A stretch of DNA of 64,000 nt from Escherichia coli (GTDB taxonomy: Bacteria > Pseudomonadota > Gammaproteobacteria > Enterobacterales > Enterobacteriaceae), in the NCBI RefSeq assembly GCF_013315695.1, contig NZ_CP054353.1, one strand, 5' to 3'. The notes below the pieces were generated by a model, which saw nothing but the letters and a program-made list of their open reading frames with translations, was not told the origin of the DNA and did not search any database. The position numbers were made by a program, and so were the translations under genes. Below, in pieces: positions 41,312 to 52,994 of this stretch. How positions within the stretch are numbered: position 1 is the first letter of the stretch; every line of letters starts with the position of its first letter.

Positions 41312-42547
41312 ATGCTGCAACAGGTTCCAACGCGTGCTTTTCATGTGATGGCGAAACCGAGCGGTTCCGATTGTAATCTGAACTGTGACTACTGTTTTTA
41401 TCTCGAAAAACAATCCCTTTACCGCGAAAAGCCAGTCACGCATATGGACGATGACACGCTGGAAGCGTATGTCCGTCACTATATCGCTGCCAGCGAAACC
41501 CAAAACGAAGTGGCTTTTACCTGGCAGGGCGGCGAACCAACGTTACTCGGGCTGGATTTTTACCGCCGTGCCGTGGCGCTACAGGCGAAATATGGTGCTG
41601 ACAGGAAGATAAGTAACAGCTTCCAGACTAATGGCGTGCTGCTTGATGACGAATGGTGTGCATTTCTGGCAGAAAATCATTTTCTTGTTGGGTTATCGCT
41701 GGATGGTCCGGCTGAGATCCACAATCAATATCGCGTGACCAAAGGCGGCAGACCAACGCATAAGCTGGTGATGCGTGCCCTGACGCTCCTGCAAAAACAT
41801 CATGTCGACTATAACGTGCTGGTCTGCGTAAATCGCACCAGTGCGTTACAACCTTTGCAAATCTATGATTTTCTGTGTGATGCAGGTGTTGAGTTCATCC
41901 AGTTTATTCCTGTGGTCGAGCGCCTGGCTGATGAAACGGCTGCTCATGCTGGACTTAAGCTACATGCTCCCGGCGATATTCAGGGCGAACTGACGGAATG
42001 GTCGGTGTGCCCGCAAGAGTTCGGTGAGTTTCTGGTGGCGATTTTCGACCACTGGATTAGGCGCGACGTCGGTAAGATTTTCGTAATGAATATCGAATGG
42101 GCGTTCGCCAATTTTGTCGGCGCACCGGGCGCGGTTTGCCATCATCAGCCAACCTGTGGGCGCTCGGTGATTGTTGAGCACAACGGTGACGTTTACGCCT
42201 GCGATCACTATGTTTATCCGCAATATCGGCTGGGGAATATGCACCAGCAAACAATCGCAGAAATGGTAGATTCCCCGCAACAGCAGGCGTTTGGTGAAGA
42301 TAAATTTAAGCAGTTACCGGCGCAGTGTCGCAGTTGTAACGTGCTAAAAGCATGTTGGGGAGGCTGCCCGAAACACCGCTTTATGCTCGATGCCAGCGGC
42401 AAACCGGGGCTGAATTATTTGTGTGCCGGGTATCAGCGTTATTTCCGCCATCTACCGCCATATCTTAAAGCAATGGTTGATCTGCTGGCGCACGGTCGTC
42501 CGGCCAGCGACATTATGCAGGCGCATTTGCTGGTGGTGAAGAAGTAA
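41312..42547 (+). CDS. aslB: Anaerobic sulfatase-maturating enzyme homologue (radical SAM)
   Basis: ORF 41282-42547; start at the ATG giving MLQQVPTRAFHVMAKPSGSDCNLNCDYCFY (CxxxCxxC) with AAGGAG RBS; 411 aa. Confidence 0.93.
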   Translation: MLQQVPTRAFHVMAKPSGSDCNLNCDYCFYLEKQSLYREKPVTHMDDDTLEAYVRHYIAASETQNEVAFTWQGGEPTLLGLDFYRRAVALQAKYGADRKISNSFQTNGVLLDDEWCAFLAENHFLVGLSLDGPAEIHNQYRVTKGGRPTHKLVMRALTLLQKHHVDYNVLVCVNRTSALQPLQIYDFLCDAGVEFIQFIPVVERLADETAAHAGLKLHAPGDIQGELTEWSVCPQEFGEFLVAIFDHWIRRDVGKIFVMNIEWAFANFVGAPGAVCHHQPTCGRSVIVEHNGDVYACDHYVYPQYRLGNMHQQTIAEMVDSPQQQAFGEDKFKQLPAQCRSCNVLKACWGGCPKHRFMLDASGKPGLNYLCAGYQRYFRHLPPYLKAMVDLLAHGRPASDIMQAHLLVVKK

Positions 42548-42582
42548 AAAAGCGGCCATTTTGTTGCCGCCTGCGGTTGATT

Positions 42583-42612
42583 GCCGGATAAGGCGTTCAC
42601 GCCGCATCCGGC
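42583..42612. repeat. REP (repetitive extragenic palindromic) element
   Basis: GCCGGATAAGGCGTTCACGCCGCATCCGGC between convergent aslB and aslA. Confidence 0.85.
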
Positions 42613-42648
42613 AAGGTCAGTGTGGCCCGATGTAGCGATAGCGCCGGC

Positions 42649-44304
42649 TTAATCAGATTTAATCTGCGCGCGCGGCGGATATTTTTTCAGGATCTCCATA
42701 TACGCGTGCATTTCGGTCTGTAGCGGTACACCCATTGGGATATGGCGCACGCCGATAGAGTCGCTTTCCTGCGGATCGGTGTACAGGTTAAACACCGACG
42801 ATCCCGCCGTTTGCATTACTGTGCCGGTGAATCCACCCTGATACCCGCTCTGGGTATACGCGTACGGTTGCTGGATCAGGACGTGATACTTGAACTCATC
42901 CATACGCACAGCAGAAAGTTTACCGTTGAGGAAGTAGTGCTCGGCCTTACGGTTAGACTGACCATTTGTTCCCAGGAAGAAAGATGTCTGGTCCACACCA
43001 TCGATAAAGGTGGTTTTCGGTACTAAATTCGCTACTTTCGCCCCAGGATGCCCCGCCAGATCCAGCGCCGTAGGGAAGAGATCCGCCAGATCGACAATGC
43101 CGTCAGATTTACGCGGTTGGATCATGCCTTTCCAGTAAACGAAGGTTGGCACACGAACGCCGCCTTCCCATGTAGAACCTTTCGCACCGCGGAACGGCGT
43201 GCGACCGTGCGGCGGTACTTCCGCTTCCGGTCCGTTATCGGAGGTAAAGACGATTAGCGTGTTATCCAACTGACCATTTTTCTCCAGTGCTTTATACAGA
43301 TTGGCGAAGATATCGTTCATCTCCACCATGCAGTCGCCGTAAGAGGTGCGCGCCGGAGAGCTACCCGCATATTTCGCATTTGGGTAGTTATCGAAGTGAC
43401 AGCCGCGAGTGCCGTAGTAGAGGAAGAAAGGCTTATCGCTCTTCGCCATCTTGTCGAGGAACTTAACGCCATATTCCATCCAGCGTTGATCCAGGTCTTC
43501 CATATATTTCGGCGTAATGTCGGCAATGGCTTCCTGTTCACCGCCGCGCACGGCATGAACGTCATCTTTGCTGAATGGCAGTTTTTGGATGTATTCAGAA
43601 CGATCCGGGCTCAGGGCGACTTCCGGGTTGACGTGAACATCACGCCATTCGGTATACATATCGGATACCGAGTTAAAGCCGCGGAAATCATCAAAGCCAA
43701 CGTTCTGCGGCTGCGACTCTTTGTTTTCCCCCATATGCCATTTCCCGATGGCCTGAGTGACGTAGCCCTGATCGTGCAGCAACTGCGGCAGAGTGGTTAA
43801 CCCTTGCAGACCGCCCGGTTGCCCGTACATTGGCGGCATCAGAATGCCGTGGTGGATGGAGTATTGTCCGGTAAGAATCGTGGCGCGGGTTGGGGAAGAA
43901 CTCGGTTGAGAATACGCCGAAGTTAAAATCAGCCCCTGGCTGGCAACGGCGTCGATATCTGGTGTAGGGTTACCCACCGCCACGCCGCCGCCGTTAAAGC
44001 CAACATCCATCCAGCCCACATCATCCAGCAAGAAAACAACCACGTTCGGTTTCTTACCGGTTTTTTTCTCAAGTTCTGCCAGCTTCTGCTGGGTTTCTTT
44101 GTCTTGTGCAGGATGCTGCATCACCGGCATCATGTTGTCGGCAATAGTGGTCGCCGGTTTAACCAGATACTGGTTTGGGTGATCGTATCCGGCAAAGCCT
44201 TTGCGTGCGGTGGCGGTTGACGGGGTATCTGCTGCGTTGGCCATGAGTGGAAGAGCGGCGGCGACAGCTACAACAAGAAGTTTGGGTGAAAACGAAAATT
44301 CCAT
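42649..44304 (-). CDS. aslA: Arylsulfatase, Ser-type (SxPxR formylglycine motif), with signal peptide
   Basis: 551-aa ORF; SSPTR sulfatase signature; N-terminal signal peptide. Confidence 0.93.
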   Translation of the reverse strand: MEFSFSPKLLVVAVAAALPLMANAADTPSTATARKGFAGYDHPNQYLVKPATTIADNMMPVMQHPAQDKETQQKLAELEKKTGKKPNVVVFLLDDVGWMDVGFNGGGVAVGNPTPDIDAVASQGLILTSAYSQPSSSPTRATILTGQYSIHHGILMPPMYGQPGGLQGLTTLPQLLHDQGYVTQAIGKWHMGENKESQPQNVGFDDFRGFNSVSDMYTEWRDVHVNPEVALSPDRSEYIQKLPFSKDDVHAVRGGEQEAIADITPKYMEDLDQRWMEYGVKFLDKMAKSDKPFFLYYGTRGCHFDNYPNAKYAGSSPARTSYGDCMVEMNDIFANLYKALEKNGQLDNTLIVFTSDNGPEAEVPPHGRTPFRGAKGSTWEGGVRVPTFVYWKGMIQPRKSDGIVDLADLFPTALDLAGHPGAKVANLVPKTTFIDGVDQTSFFLGTNGQSNRKAEHYFLNGKLSAVRMDEFKYHVLIQQPYAYTQSGYQGGFTGTVMQTAGSSVFNLYTDPQESDSIGVRHIPMGVPLQTEMHAYMEILKKYPPRAQIKSD

Positions 44305-44712
44305 GCAAAATGCTCCGGTTTCATGTCGTCAAAATGTTGACGTAATTAAGCATTGATAATTGAGATCCCTCTCCCTGACAGGATGATTGCATAAATAATA
44401 GTGATGAAAATAAATTATTTATTTATCCAGAAAATGAATTGGAAAATCAGGAGAGCGTTTTCAATCCTACCTCTGGCGCAGGTGATATGTAAGGCGGTGA
44501 TGTTATATCGCGTTGATTATTGATGCTGTTTTTAGTTTTAACGGCAATTAATATATATGTTATTAATTGAATGAATTTTATTATTCATTATATATATGTG
44601 TAGAATCGTGCGCAGGAGAAATATTCACTCAGGAAGTTATTACTCAGGAAGCAAAGAGGATTACAGAATTATCTCATAACAAGTGTTAAGGGATGTTATT
44701 TCCCGGTTCTCT

Positions 44713-44722
44713 GTGGCATAAT
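44713..44722 (+). promoter_or_regulatory. Extended -10 element (TGg CATAAT) of the glmZ promoter
   Basis: TG at 44714-44715 and CATAAT at 44717-44722, 6 nt upstream of the glmZ 5-prime end; overlaps a degenerate sigma54-like TGGCA. Confidence 0.55.
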
Positions 44723-44728
44723 AAACGA

Positions 44729-44935
44729 GTAGATGCTCATTCCATCTCTTATGTTCGCCTTAGTGCCTCATAAACTCCGGAATGACGCAGAGCCGTTTAC
44801 GGTGCTTATCGTCCACTGACAGATGTCGCTTATGCCTCATCAGACACCATGGACACAACGTTGAGTGAAGCACCCACTTGTTGTCATACAGACCTGTTTT
44901 AACGCCTGCTCCGTAATAAGAGCAGGCGTTTTTTT
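44729..44935 (+). ncRNA. glmZ: Small regulatory RNA GlmZ
   Basis: GTAGATGCTCATTCCATCTCTTATGTTCGCCTTAGTGCCTCATAAACTCCGGAATGACGC... ending in the CGCCTGCTCCGTAATAAGAGCAGGCG T7 terminator; about 207 nt. Confidence 0.9.
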
Positions 44936-45533
44936 ATGACCGGATAAAGAACTGGTTACGTCGCTCCTGGGTCATCGGTTGCGCGTTTAACACTCTTACA
45001 AGAGAGCCTACCGTGACGATGGGAAGAAACGGATTCTCTTCTATTCCGCATAGATCGCGCCCGCAACGAGCAGCGGTATCTTCAACCAGCTCTTCTAACT
45101 CGACTGCGTCGCTCACCAAATCCAGATCATCGTCCAGTATATCATCGGCTTTCAGTGGCAGTGGGTAATCGATATAGCCGTTTCCTTGCAAGGTATCCCA
45201 CACCGCACGAATCACCCATGTATCTACGGTGTAGGTGTCAAATTCGCGGGCGAACTGGCAAATGGAGCGTCCCCGACGTTTATCTGCCATGATTCGGTAC
45301 TTCTTGAGGATCTTGATTTTTTCCTGCTTCGCCGCAGCTATCAGATATCCAATAAAAAGTGTTAACCAGAAGATGAATGTATTGCCCGTACGTACAAAGG
45401 AAATAATCAACCAACTTACGCCAGCCAGAGCGGCACATATCAACAAGATTAAAAAGAGCGTTGCCCGAAAAGGAGTAATTTCATGCGATGGCAAGCGGAA
45501 AAGATAGCGGGACGGCGTGCGCAATTTTGACAT
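44934..45533 (-). CDS. Hypothetical two-TM membrane protein with acidic C-terminal domain (199 aa), function unknown
   Basis: ORF with ATG start at 45533; two hydrophobic helices (about residues 24-46 and 52-68); weak RBS; stop overlaps the glmZ terminator T-run; start lies 6 nt past the hemY terminator. Confidence 0.45.
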   Translation of the reverse strand: MSKLRTPSRYLFRLPSHEITPFRATLFLILLICAALAGVSWLIISFVRTGNTFIFWLTLFIGYLIAAAKQEKIKILKKYRIMADKRRGRSICQFAREFDTYTVDTWVIRAVWDTLQGNGYIDYPLPLKADDILDDDLDLVSDAVELEELVEDTAARCGRDLCGIEENPFLPIVTVGSLVRVLNAQPMTQERRNQFFIRS

Positions 45534-45538
45534 CCTGG

Positions 45539-45573
45539 TAAAAAAATATCGCCTCTGAACGAGGCGATATAGA
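45539..45573 (-). terminator. Intrinsic terminator of the hemCDXY operon
   Basis: ATATCGCCTC / GAGGCGATAT hairpin followed on the minus strand by a 7-T run. Confidence 0.8.
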
Positions 45574-46770
45574 TTACTGTGACGGGTTATTCTGTAAGGT
45601 CAGCATCAAACCGTCGCGGCGCATCGCTGCAGCTTCTTCTGGTTTGTGCAGTCTGTCCAGCGCGTCGGCAAGCCATGCGTAATCGTAGGCGTCCGGACGT
45701 TGTTTCAGCGCCGCGCGGAAGGCGAGCGATGCTTCCTGCCATTCGCCGTGCTTCATCAGCGACTGACCCAGTGTGCTCCACAACAACGGGCGATCGCCCA
45801 CGTTTTTGATCTGTTGGCGCAGCACTTTTTCCAGCTGTTCCGGGTTATTGGTTTTCAGACGCGGGATCGGCAGCAGCAGGCGATCGTCATACTGGCGTTT
45901 CAGGCCGTCGATGATAATTTGCTGGGCGGTGTCATGGTCATCACACTCAATAAGGTGTTCCGCCATTGCCACCTGTAACGCCACCTGATGACGCGTTTTC
46001 CGGCTTTGGTTTTTCCACCAGTTACGCAAACCTTCGCTACCGTTATCGGCACGCGCCTGATCCATCAGGCCAATCCATGCCTGTTGTTCCAGCATTGCAC
46101 GATGTTCTTCATCGCCAACGTGGGCTTTCGCCATTGATGGGATGATATCCAGCAGCGAACTCCATGCACCAGTGCGGATATACGCCTGTTCCGCCAGACG
46201 TAATACTTCCGGATGGCGTGGCGTAACTTCCAGCAGCTTATCCACGCCGTGGCGTGCAGCATGGTTTTCATTACGGGCCAGTTGCAGACGTACACGGGTG
46301 ATTTCTACCGGAATTGTGTCGTTGCCGGCCAGCTCCGCTGCGCGTTCCAGATGTTGGTTGGCGCGTGCTTCATCACCGCGTTGTTGCGCGGCTTCGGCAG
46401 CCAGCAGATAGTTCACCACCGGTTGTTCAGCGTGATCGGCATTTTTCGCCATCAGCTTTTCAACTTGCTGATAATCGCCTTCCGCTAGTTTCAGCAGCGC
46501 CTGTTCGGTCTGCTTACGGGCACGGCGACGCTTACGTCCGACAAACCACCCACGGGTGTGTGCGCCTGTGCGGAAGATCCGCCGCAGTAGCCACTCAATG
46601 GCAAACAGCACTACCATCGCCAGAATCAAAATAATCGCCAGGCCAGTGACGCTGGTTTCGATATTGTAGTTGTCGGTCTGAATCAATACGTACCCCTGAT
46701 GACCGGCAATCATCGGGCCAACCACGATCCCCGCAATCAGCAAAACAAAGAGCAATAACACTTTTAGCAT
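45574..46770 (-). CDS. hemY: HemY (TPR-containing membrane protein of the hem operon)
   Basis: 398-aa ORF MLKVLLLFVLLIAGIVVGPMIAGHQGYVLIQTDNYNIE... Confidence 0.95.
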   Translation of the reverse strand: MLKVLLLFVLLIAGIVVGPMIAGHQGYVLIQTDNYNIETSVTGLAIILILAMVVLFAIEWLLRRIFRTGAHTRGWFVGRKRRRARKQTEQALLKLAEGDYQQVEKLMAKNADHAEQPVVNYLLAAEAAQQRGDEARANQHLERAAELAGNDTIPVEITRVRLQLARNENHAARHGVDKLLEVTPRHPEVLRLAEQAYIRTGAWSSLLDIIPSMAKAHVGDEEHRAMLEQQAWIGLMDQARADNGSEGLRNWWKNQSRKTRHQVALQVAMAEHLIECDDHDTAQQIIIDGLKRQYDDRLLLPIPRLKTNNPEQLEKVLRQQIKNVGDRPLLWSTLGQSLMKHGEWQEASLAFRAALKQRPDAYDYAWLADALDRLHKPEEAAAMRRDGLMLTLQNNPSQ

Positions 46771-46772
46771 GG

Positions 46773-47954
46773 TTATTCTCCTTGCGGCGCGGCTGCCGGA
46801 GTATCAGCTTGCGGTGCAGGTGCAGGTTTAGCTTCCGTTGCCCCCGCTGCCGGTTGTGCCAACAGGTTACGCACGCGAGTCTGCATCAGTTTTTCCAGCA
46901 TCGCCTGGCTTTGCAGGGTTTCGGGGAGATCCATCGAGATATTTTGCTGGCTTAACTGGTCCACCTCGTCGAGGAACGCTTTGGTGGTGGCATCATCAGT
47001 ATCGTAGTAAGCACGTACCCAGGTGGAGACGTTCTCCAGCGCCTGGCGATAAGTCTCTTCCTGATGACGCGGTACGGCTTGTGCCGCGACCAGCAGGCGA
47101 GAGCGAATATTTTCGCGCAGATAGATATCCTGATTTGGCGCTAACAGCGGTACGGCGGTGTCATCACGACGGCGAATCGTAATGAAGTTGTCCATAAAGT
47201 TCTGCCAGCTTTTTTGCAGATTGATACGCCATTCGCTGATGGAACTGGAAAGCTCTTCACCGTCGGAATCCATCGGCGAACCATCGCTGTCATTATCAGC
47301 CAGACGCAGGTTATCTACCTGATTTGAAAGCTGATTAAGCTTAAGGATAATGCCGTCATAATCCACCTGCGATACCGCAGAAAGGCTGGCGATATCATCG
47401 GTAATTGCCCGGCGAACGGTAATCAGACTCGGGTCATTCATATCCGCCAGGCTGGCGTCTGCACTTTTCAGCAACGCTGCAGCGGTCGTGACGTCCTGAT
47501 CGCTCCACAGCTTCCGTCCGGCGAGTTTCACCAGGAAATCAGCCTGAGCCAGCAGCCAGGTTTTAGCATCGCTGCCGGAAATAGTCGCGACCTTTTGTTG
47601 GACTTCATCCAGCTGTTTTGCCAGCGTTTCTTGCTGACGATTCGCCTGCTCAAGCTGTACAGCTTGTTGCTTGATAATGCCTTCCAGCTCGGCTTTTTGG
47701 CTCTCCTGGGCTTTTTGCAGTGCCGTAAGTTGGTTAGCCAGGGCATCGCTGGTGGCAGTCTGATTGACGGCCTGTTGTTTACCCCAGCCATACAAACCGA
47801 CGCCCGCCGCCAGAGCAATAGCGATAGCCACCGCGCTGAGAATCAATGCGGTATTGTTCTTACTCTTTTTTTCTGTTGCGACAGGTTGTGACGTGGTGTC
47901 CACGGCCTCCCTGGTCTCTTCAACCACGGCGGAGGTTTTTTCTTGTTCCGTCAT
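46773..47954 (-). CDS. hemX: HemX membrane protein
   Basis: 393-aa ORF with coiled-coil and Q/A-rich region. Confidence 0.93.
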   Translation of the reverse strand: MTEQEKTSAVVEETREAVDTTSQPVATEKKSKNNTALILSAVAIAIALAAGVGLYGWGKQQAVNQTATSDALANQLTALQKAQESQKAELEGIIKQQAVQLEQANRQQETLAKQLDEVQQKVATISGSDAKTWLLAQADFLVKLAGRKLWSDQDVTTAAALLKSADASLADMNDPSLITVRRAITDDIASLSAVSQVDYDGIILKLNQLSNQVDNLRLADNDSDGSPMDSDGEELSSSISEWRINLQKSWQNFMDNFITIRRRDDTAVPLLAPNQDIYLRENIRSRLLVAAQAVPRHQEETYRQALENVSTWVRAYYDTDDATTKAFLDEVDQLSQQNISMDLPETLQSQAMLEKLMQTRVRNLLAQPAAGATEAKPAPAPQADTPAAAPQGE

Positions 47955-47975
47955 TATGGCTTCCTGTTATGAGAG

Positions 47976-48716
47976 TTATTGTAATGCCCGTAAAAGCGCA
48001 TCGTTGTCAGCGTTATCGGCGACCTTAATGTCTTGCCAGCCCAGTTCCCGGGCGAGTTTCGCCAAACGCTCACTGACGACCAATAGTCGACAGCGTAGTA
48101 ACCAGTGCTCACGATACCATTGTGGGATCAGCGACCAGAGTTGCTGCAACATTTCACCGCTGGTAACAACGACTGTCGTCACCTCGCGGGATTGCCAGCG
48201 CATCGCTTCTTCTGCACCATCGTAATGGATTGCGCATCGTTGATAACATTCACAAAAAGTGACCTCAGCACCGCGCGCCGTCAGGGTATCCCCAATTAGC
48301 TCACGACCGCCATTGCCACATAATATCAGCGCACGTTTGCCCGCAATATTTTGTAATTCAGGTAATTGTAGCAAGACTTCGCTGATTTCCCGATCCTGCG
48401 GGTAGAGAATCTTCTGTCCGCTTACGGTATGTAATGCCAGTGCGGTGGTGCGTCCAATGGCGAAATAATCAGGTAGTCGGGGCCATTTACGATCTTGCTG
48501 ATGTAGCTGTGATTGGGCAAAAGCAACCGCGTGTTGCGAGAGGGCAAACAACAGATCGCTCTCCCCCAGCGCTGCCAGTTGATCAGCAAGTTGCGGTAAT
48601 TGTCGACCCGGAGAAAACTCAATCAGCGGAAAATGCCAGGCCACCTGCCCCAGTGTGCGCAGACGGCTCACTAACTCTTCTCCAGCGGGAGACGGGCGGG
48701 TGACCAGGATACTCAT
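47976..48716 (-). CDS. hemD: Uroporphyrinogen-III synthase
   Basis: 246-aa [23 protein letters not shown]... Confidence 0.95.
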   Translation of the reverse strand: MSILVTRPSPAGEELVSRLRTLGQVAWHFPLIEFSPGRQLPQLADQLAALGESDLLFALSQHAVAFAQSQLHQQDRKWPRLPDYFAIGRTTALALHTVSGQKILYPQDREISEVLLQLPELQNIAGKRALILCGNGGRELIGDTLTARGAEVTFCECYQRCAIHYDGAEEAMRWQSREVTTVVVTSGEMLQQLWSLIPQWYREHWLLRCRLLVVSERLAKLARELGWQDIKVADNADNDALLRALQ

Positions 48717-49654
48717 GCCGGGGCGTCTCCGTTATAGACTTCAGCGAGGATCTCGCGCGCGCCGTTATTCAGTAGCTCTTCTGCCAGCGAAATCCCCATT
48801 TGTTCGGCATCTTGCGGCGCACCGCGGCGTTCACCGCGAATAATCTGCGAACCGTCCGGCGCGCCGACCAGCGCACGCAGCCAGATTTCGCCATCAATAA
48901 GCTCGGCGTAGCTACCAATTGGCACCTGACATCCGCCTTCGAGACGGGTATTCATGGCGCGTTCTGCGGTAACGCGCAGTGCAGTTTCGTGGTGATTCAG
49001 CGCGGCAAGCAGCTCGCGAGTGCGTGTATCATCAAGGCGGCATTCAATACCGACCGCACCTTGTCCTACCGCCGGAAGAGAAATCTCGGGTGGTAACGCG
49101 GCGCGAATACGTGACTCCAGACCTAAACGTTTTAGTCCGGCTACGGCAAGAATGATGGCATCGTATTCGCCGTTATCCAGTTTACTCAGGCGAGTGCCGA
49201 CGTTGCCGCGCAGGGAGCGGATAATCAGATCCGGGCGGCGTTCAGCCAGTTGGCACTGGCGACGTAAACTGGACGTCCCGACGATACTGCCTGCCGGTAA
49301 CGCATCCAGACTTTCATAGTTATTGGACACAAAGGCATCGCGAGGATCTTCACGCTCACAAATAGTGACCAGCCCCAGACCTTGCGGGAATTCAACCGGC
49401 ACATCTTTCATTGAATGTACGGCGATATCGGCGCGATTCTCCAGGAGCGCGACTTCCAGCTCTTTTACAAATAAGCCTTTTCCGCCTACTTTCGCCAGCG
49501 GCGTATCAAGAATCACATCGCCGCGCGTCACCATCGGTACCAGTTCAACGACCAGGCCCGGATGGCTCGCCATCAACTTGTCTTTGACATAGTGTGCCTG
49601 CCAGAGTGCAAGTGGGCTTTGGCGTGTGGCAATTCTTAAAACATTGTCTAACAT
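48713..49654 (-). CDS. hemC: Porphobilinogen deaminase
   Basis: ORF 48713-49675; start at the ATG giving [20 protein letters not shown]... (313 aa). Confidence 0.95.
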   Translation of the reverse strand: MLDNVLRIATRQSPLALWQAHYVKDKLMASHPGLVVELVPMVTRGDVILDTPLAKVGGKGLFVKELEVALLENRADIAVHSMKDVPVEFPQGLGLVTICEREDPRDAFVSNNYESLDALPAGSIVGTSSLRRQCQLAERRPDLIIRSLRGNVGTRLSKLDNGEYDAIILAVAGLKRLGLESRIRAALPPEISLPAVGQGAVGIECRLDDTRTRELLAALNHHETALRVTAERAMNTRLEGGCQVPIGSYAELIDGEIWLRALVGAPDGSQIIRGERRGAPQDAEQMGISLAEELLNNGAREILAEVYNGDAPA

Positions 49655-50040
49655 GCTTGTTACCGTCATTATCATCCGTGGTCCATCCTAACATCCTTGC
49701 CAGAGCGATGTCAGTGTTGTGGTGAAACGTAGACGCCTGCGCAAACCGTAAAATGAGGTCTGGCAGTGGATCCTGACAGGCGTTTCACGCCGTCGTAATA
49801 AGGAATTTACAGAGAATAAACGGTGCTACACTTGTATGTAGCGCATCTTTCTTTACGGTCAATCAGCAAGGTGTTAAATTGATCACGTTTTAGACCATTT
49901 TTTCGTCGTGAAACTAAAAAAACCAGGCGCGAAAAGTGGTAACGGTTACCTTTGACATACGAAATATCCCGAATGCCGCGTGTTACCGTTGATGTTGGCG
50001 GAATCACAGTCATGACGGGTAGCAAATCAGGCGATACGTC

Positions 50041-52587
50041 TTGTACCTCTATATTGAGACTCTGAAACAGAGACTGGATGCCATAAATCAATTGCGTGTG
50101 GATCGCGCGCTTGCTGCTATGGGGCCTGCATTACAACAGGTCTACAGTCTACTGCCGACATTGTTGCACTATCACCATCCGCTAATGCCGGGTTACCTTG
50201 ATGGTAACGTTCCCAAAGGCATTTGCCTTTACACGCCTGATGAAACTCAACGCCACTACCTGAACGAGCTTGAACTGTATCGTGGAATGTCAGTACAGGA
50301 TCCGCCGAAAGGTGAGCTTCCAATTACTGGTGTATACACCATGGGCAGCACCTCGTCCGTAGGGCAAAGTTGTTCCTCTGACCTGGATATCTGGGTCTGT
50401 CATCAATCCTGGCTCGATAGCGAAGAGCGCCAGTTACTACAACGTAAATGCAGCCTGCTGGAAAGCTGGGCCGCCTCGCTGGGTGTGGAAGTCAGCTTCT
50501 TCCTGATTGATGAAAATCGCTTCCGTCATAATGAAAGCGGCAGCCTGGGGGGCGAAGATTGTGGCTCCACCCAGCATATACTGCTGCTTGACGAATTTTA
50601 TCGTACCGCCGTGCGTCTCGCCGGTAAGCGTATTCTGTGGAATATGGTGCCGTGCGACGAAGAAGAGCATTACGACGACTATGTGATGACGCTTTACGCG
50701 CAGGGCGTGCTGACGCCAAATGAATGGCTGGATCTTGGTGGCTTAAGCTCACTTTCTGCTGAAGAGTACTTTGGTGCCAGCCTTTGGCAGCTCTACAAGA
50801 GTATCGATTCCCCGTACAAAGCGGTACTGAAAACACTGCTGCTGGAAGCCTATTCCTGGGAATACCCGAACCCACGACTGCTGGCGAAAGATATCAAACA
50901 GCGTTTGCACGATGGCGAGATTGTATCGTTTGGCCTCGATCCATACTGCATGATGCTGGAGCGTGTTACGGAATACCTGACGGCGATTGAAGATTTCACC
51001 CGTCTGGATTTAGTACGCCGCTGCTTCTATTTAAAAGTGTGCGAAAAACTCAGCCGCGAACGCGCCTGCGTAGGCTGGCGTCGTGAAGTGCTAACCCAGT
51101 TAGTGAAAGAGTGGGAATGGGACGATGCGCGTCTGGCAATGCTCGATAACCGCGCTAACTGGAAGATTGATCAGGTGCGTGAGGCGCACAACGAGCTGCT
51201 CGATGCAATGATGCAGAGCTACCGTAATTTGATCCGCTTTGCGCGTCGCAATAACCTTAGCGTCTCCGCCAGTCCGCAGGATATCGGCGTACTGACACGT
51301 AAGCTGTACGCCGCGTTTGAAGCATTGCCAGGTAAAGTGACGCTGGTAAACCCGCAGATTTCGCCCGATCTCTCGGAACCGAATCTGACCTTTATTTATG
51401 TGCCGCCGGGCCGGGCTAACCGTTCAGGTTGGTATCTGTATAACCGCGCGCCAAATATTGAGTCGATCATCAGCCATCAGCCGCTGGAATATAACCGTTA
51501 CCTGAATAAACTGGTGGCGTGGGCATGGTTTAACGGCCTGCTGACCTCGCGCACCCGCTTGTATATTAAAGGCAACGGCATTGTCGATTTGCCTAAGTTG
51601 CAGGAGATGGTCGCCGACGTGTCGCACCATTTCCCGCTGCGCCTGCCTGCACCGACGCCAAAAGCGCTCTACAGCCCATGTGAGATTCGCCATCTGGCGA
51701 TTATCGTTAACCTGGAATATGACCCGACAGCTGCGTTCCGCAATCAGGTGGTGCATTTTGATTTCCGTAAGCTGGACGTCTTCAGCTTTGGCGAGAATCA
51801 AAATTGCCTGGTAGGTAGCGTGGACCTGCTGTACCGCAACTCGTGGAACGAAGTGCGTACGTTGCACTTCAACGGCGAGCAGTCGATGATCGAAGCCCTG
51901 AAAACCATTCTCGGCAAAATGCATCAGGACGCCGCACCGCCAGATAGCGTGGAAGTCTTCTGTTATAGCCAGCATCTGCGCGGGTTAATCCGTACTCGCG
52001 TGCAGCAACTGGTTTCTGAGTGTATTGAACTGCGTCTTTCCAGCACCCGCCAGGAAACCGGGCGCTTCAAGGCGCTGCGCGTCTCCGGTCAAACCTGGGG
52101 CTTGTTCTTCGAACGGCTGAATGTATCGGTACAGAAACTGGAAAACGCCATCGAGTTTTATGGCGCTATTTCGCATAACAAACTGCACGGCCTGTCAGTG
52201 CAGGTTGAAACCAATCACGTCAAATTACCGGCGGTGGTGGATGGCTTTGCCAGCGAAGGGATCATCCAGTTCTTCTTCGAAGAAACGCAAGACGAGAATG
52301 GCTTTAATATCTACATTCTCGACGAAAGCAACCGGGTTGAGGTGTATCACCACTGCGAAGGCAGCAAAGAGGAGCTGGTGCGTGACGTCAGTCGCTTCTA
52401 CTCGTCATCGCACGACCGTTTTACCTACGGCTCAAGCTTCATCAACTTCAACCTGCCGCAGTTCTATCAGATTGTGAAGGTTGATGGTCGTGAACAGGTG
52501 ATTCCGTTCCGCACCAAATCGATTGGCAACATGCCGCCTGCCAATCAGGATCACGACACGCCGCTATTACAGCAGTATTTTTCGTGA
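50041..52587 (+). CDS. cyaA: Adenylate cyclase (class I)
   Basis: 848-aa ORF with TTG start ([23 protein letters not shown]...). Confidence 0.96.
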   Translation: MYLYIETLKQRLDAINQLRVDRALAAMGPALQQVYSLLPTLLHYHHPLMPGYLDGNVPKGICLYTPDETQRHYLNELELYRGMSVQDPPKGELPITGVYTMGSTSSVGQSCSSDLDIWVCHQSWLDSEERQLLQRKCSLLESWAASLGVEVSFFLIDENRFRHNESGSLGGEDCGSTQHILLLDEFYRTAVRLAGKRILWNMVPCDEEEHYDDYVMTLYAQGVLTPNEWLDLGGLSSLSAEEYFGASLWQLYKSIDSPYKAVLKTLLLEAYSWEYPNPRLLAKDIKQRLHDGEIVSFGLDPYCMMLERVTEYLTAIEDFTRLDLVRRCFYLKVCEKLSRERACVGWRREVLTQLVKEWEWDDARLAMLDNRANWKIDQVREAHNELLDAMMQSYRNLIRFARRNNLSVSASPQDIGVLTRKLYAAFEALPGKVTLVNPQISPDLSEPNLTFIYVPPGRANRSGWYLYNRAPNIESIISHQPLEYNRYLNKLVAWAWFNGLLTSRTRLYIKGNGIVDLPKLQEMVADVSHHFPLRLPAPTPKALYSPCEIRHLAIIVNLEYDPTAAFRNQVVHFDFRKLDVFSFGENQNCLVGSVDLLYRNSWNEVRTLHFNGEQSMIEALKTILGKMHQDAAPPDSVEVFCYSQHLRGLIRTRVQQLVSECIELRLSSTRQETGRFKALRVSGQTWGLFFERLNVSVQKLENAIEFYGAISHNKLHGLSVQVETNHVKLPAVVDGFASEGIIQFFFEETQDENGFNIYILDESNRVEVYHHCEGSKEELVRDVSRFYSSSHDRFTYGSSFINFNLPQFYQIVKVDGREQVIPFRTKSIGNMPPANQDHDTPLLQQYFS

Positions 52588-52626
52588 TGAGCGTGCCGGA
52601 AAGCGAGGCTTATCCGGCATGCAATC

Positions 52627-52947
52627 TTAGCGGAAACTGACTGTTTCATCCGCCTGCTGCGTTGCCGCCTGTTCCAGCAAATCCCAGAAGGTTTCGCCGC
52701 TACGATCGCAAATCCACTCATCGCCTTTCATATCAAAATGGTAGCCGCCCTGTTTGGTTGCCAGCCATACCTGGTGCAGCGGTTCCTGGCGGTTGATAAT
52801 GATTTTGCTCCCGTTTTCAAAGGTAATGGTCAGCACACCGCCGTTGATTTCGCAGTCGATATCGCTATCGCCATCCCAGTCGTCCAGACGCTCTTCAATG
52901 GTCAGCCACAGTTGATCAGCCAGGCGATGAAATTCACTGTCGTTCAT
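52627..52947 (-). CDS. cyaY: Frataxin homologue CyaY
   Basis: 106-aa [44 protein letters not shown]... Confidence 0.95.
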   Translation of the reverse strand: MNDSEFHRLADQLWLTIEERLDDWDGDSDIDCEINGGVLTITFENGSKIIINRQEPLHQVWLATKQGGYHFDMKGDEWICDRSGETFWDLLEQAATQQADETVSFR

Positions 52948-52994
52948 TGTTGTATCCTGTTTTTAAGTGATGGCGGCAGTATAGCGGTATGGGG

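Noticed and set aside
40861-41313. ORFs 40861-41055 (+) and 41065-41313 (-) across the tRNA cluster
   Set aside because: They overlap tRNA-His, tRNA-Leu and tRNA-Pro and have no RBS
51424-51975. 183-aa minus-strand ORF antisense to cyaA
   Set aside because: Shadow ORF within cyaA
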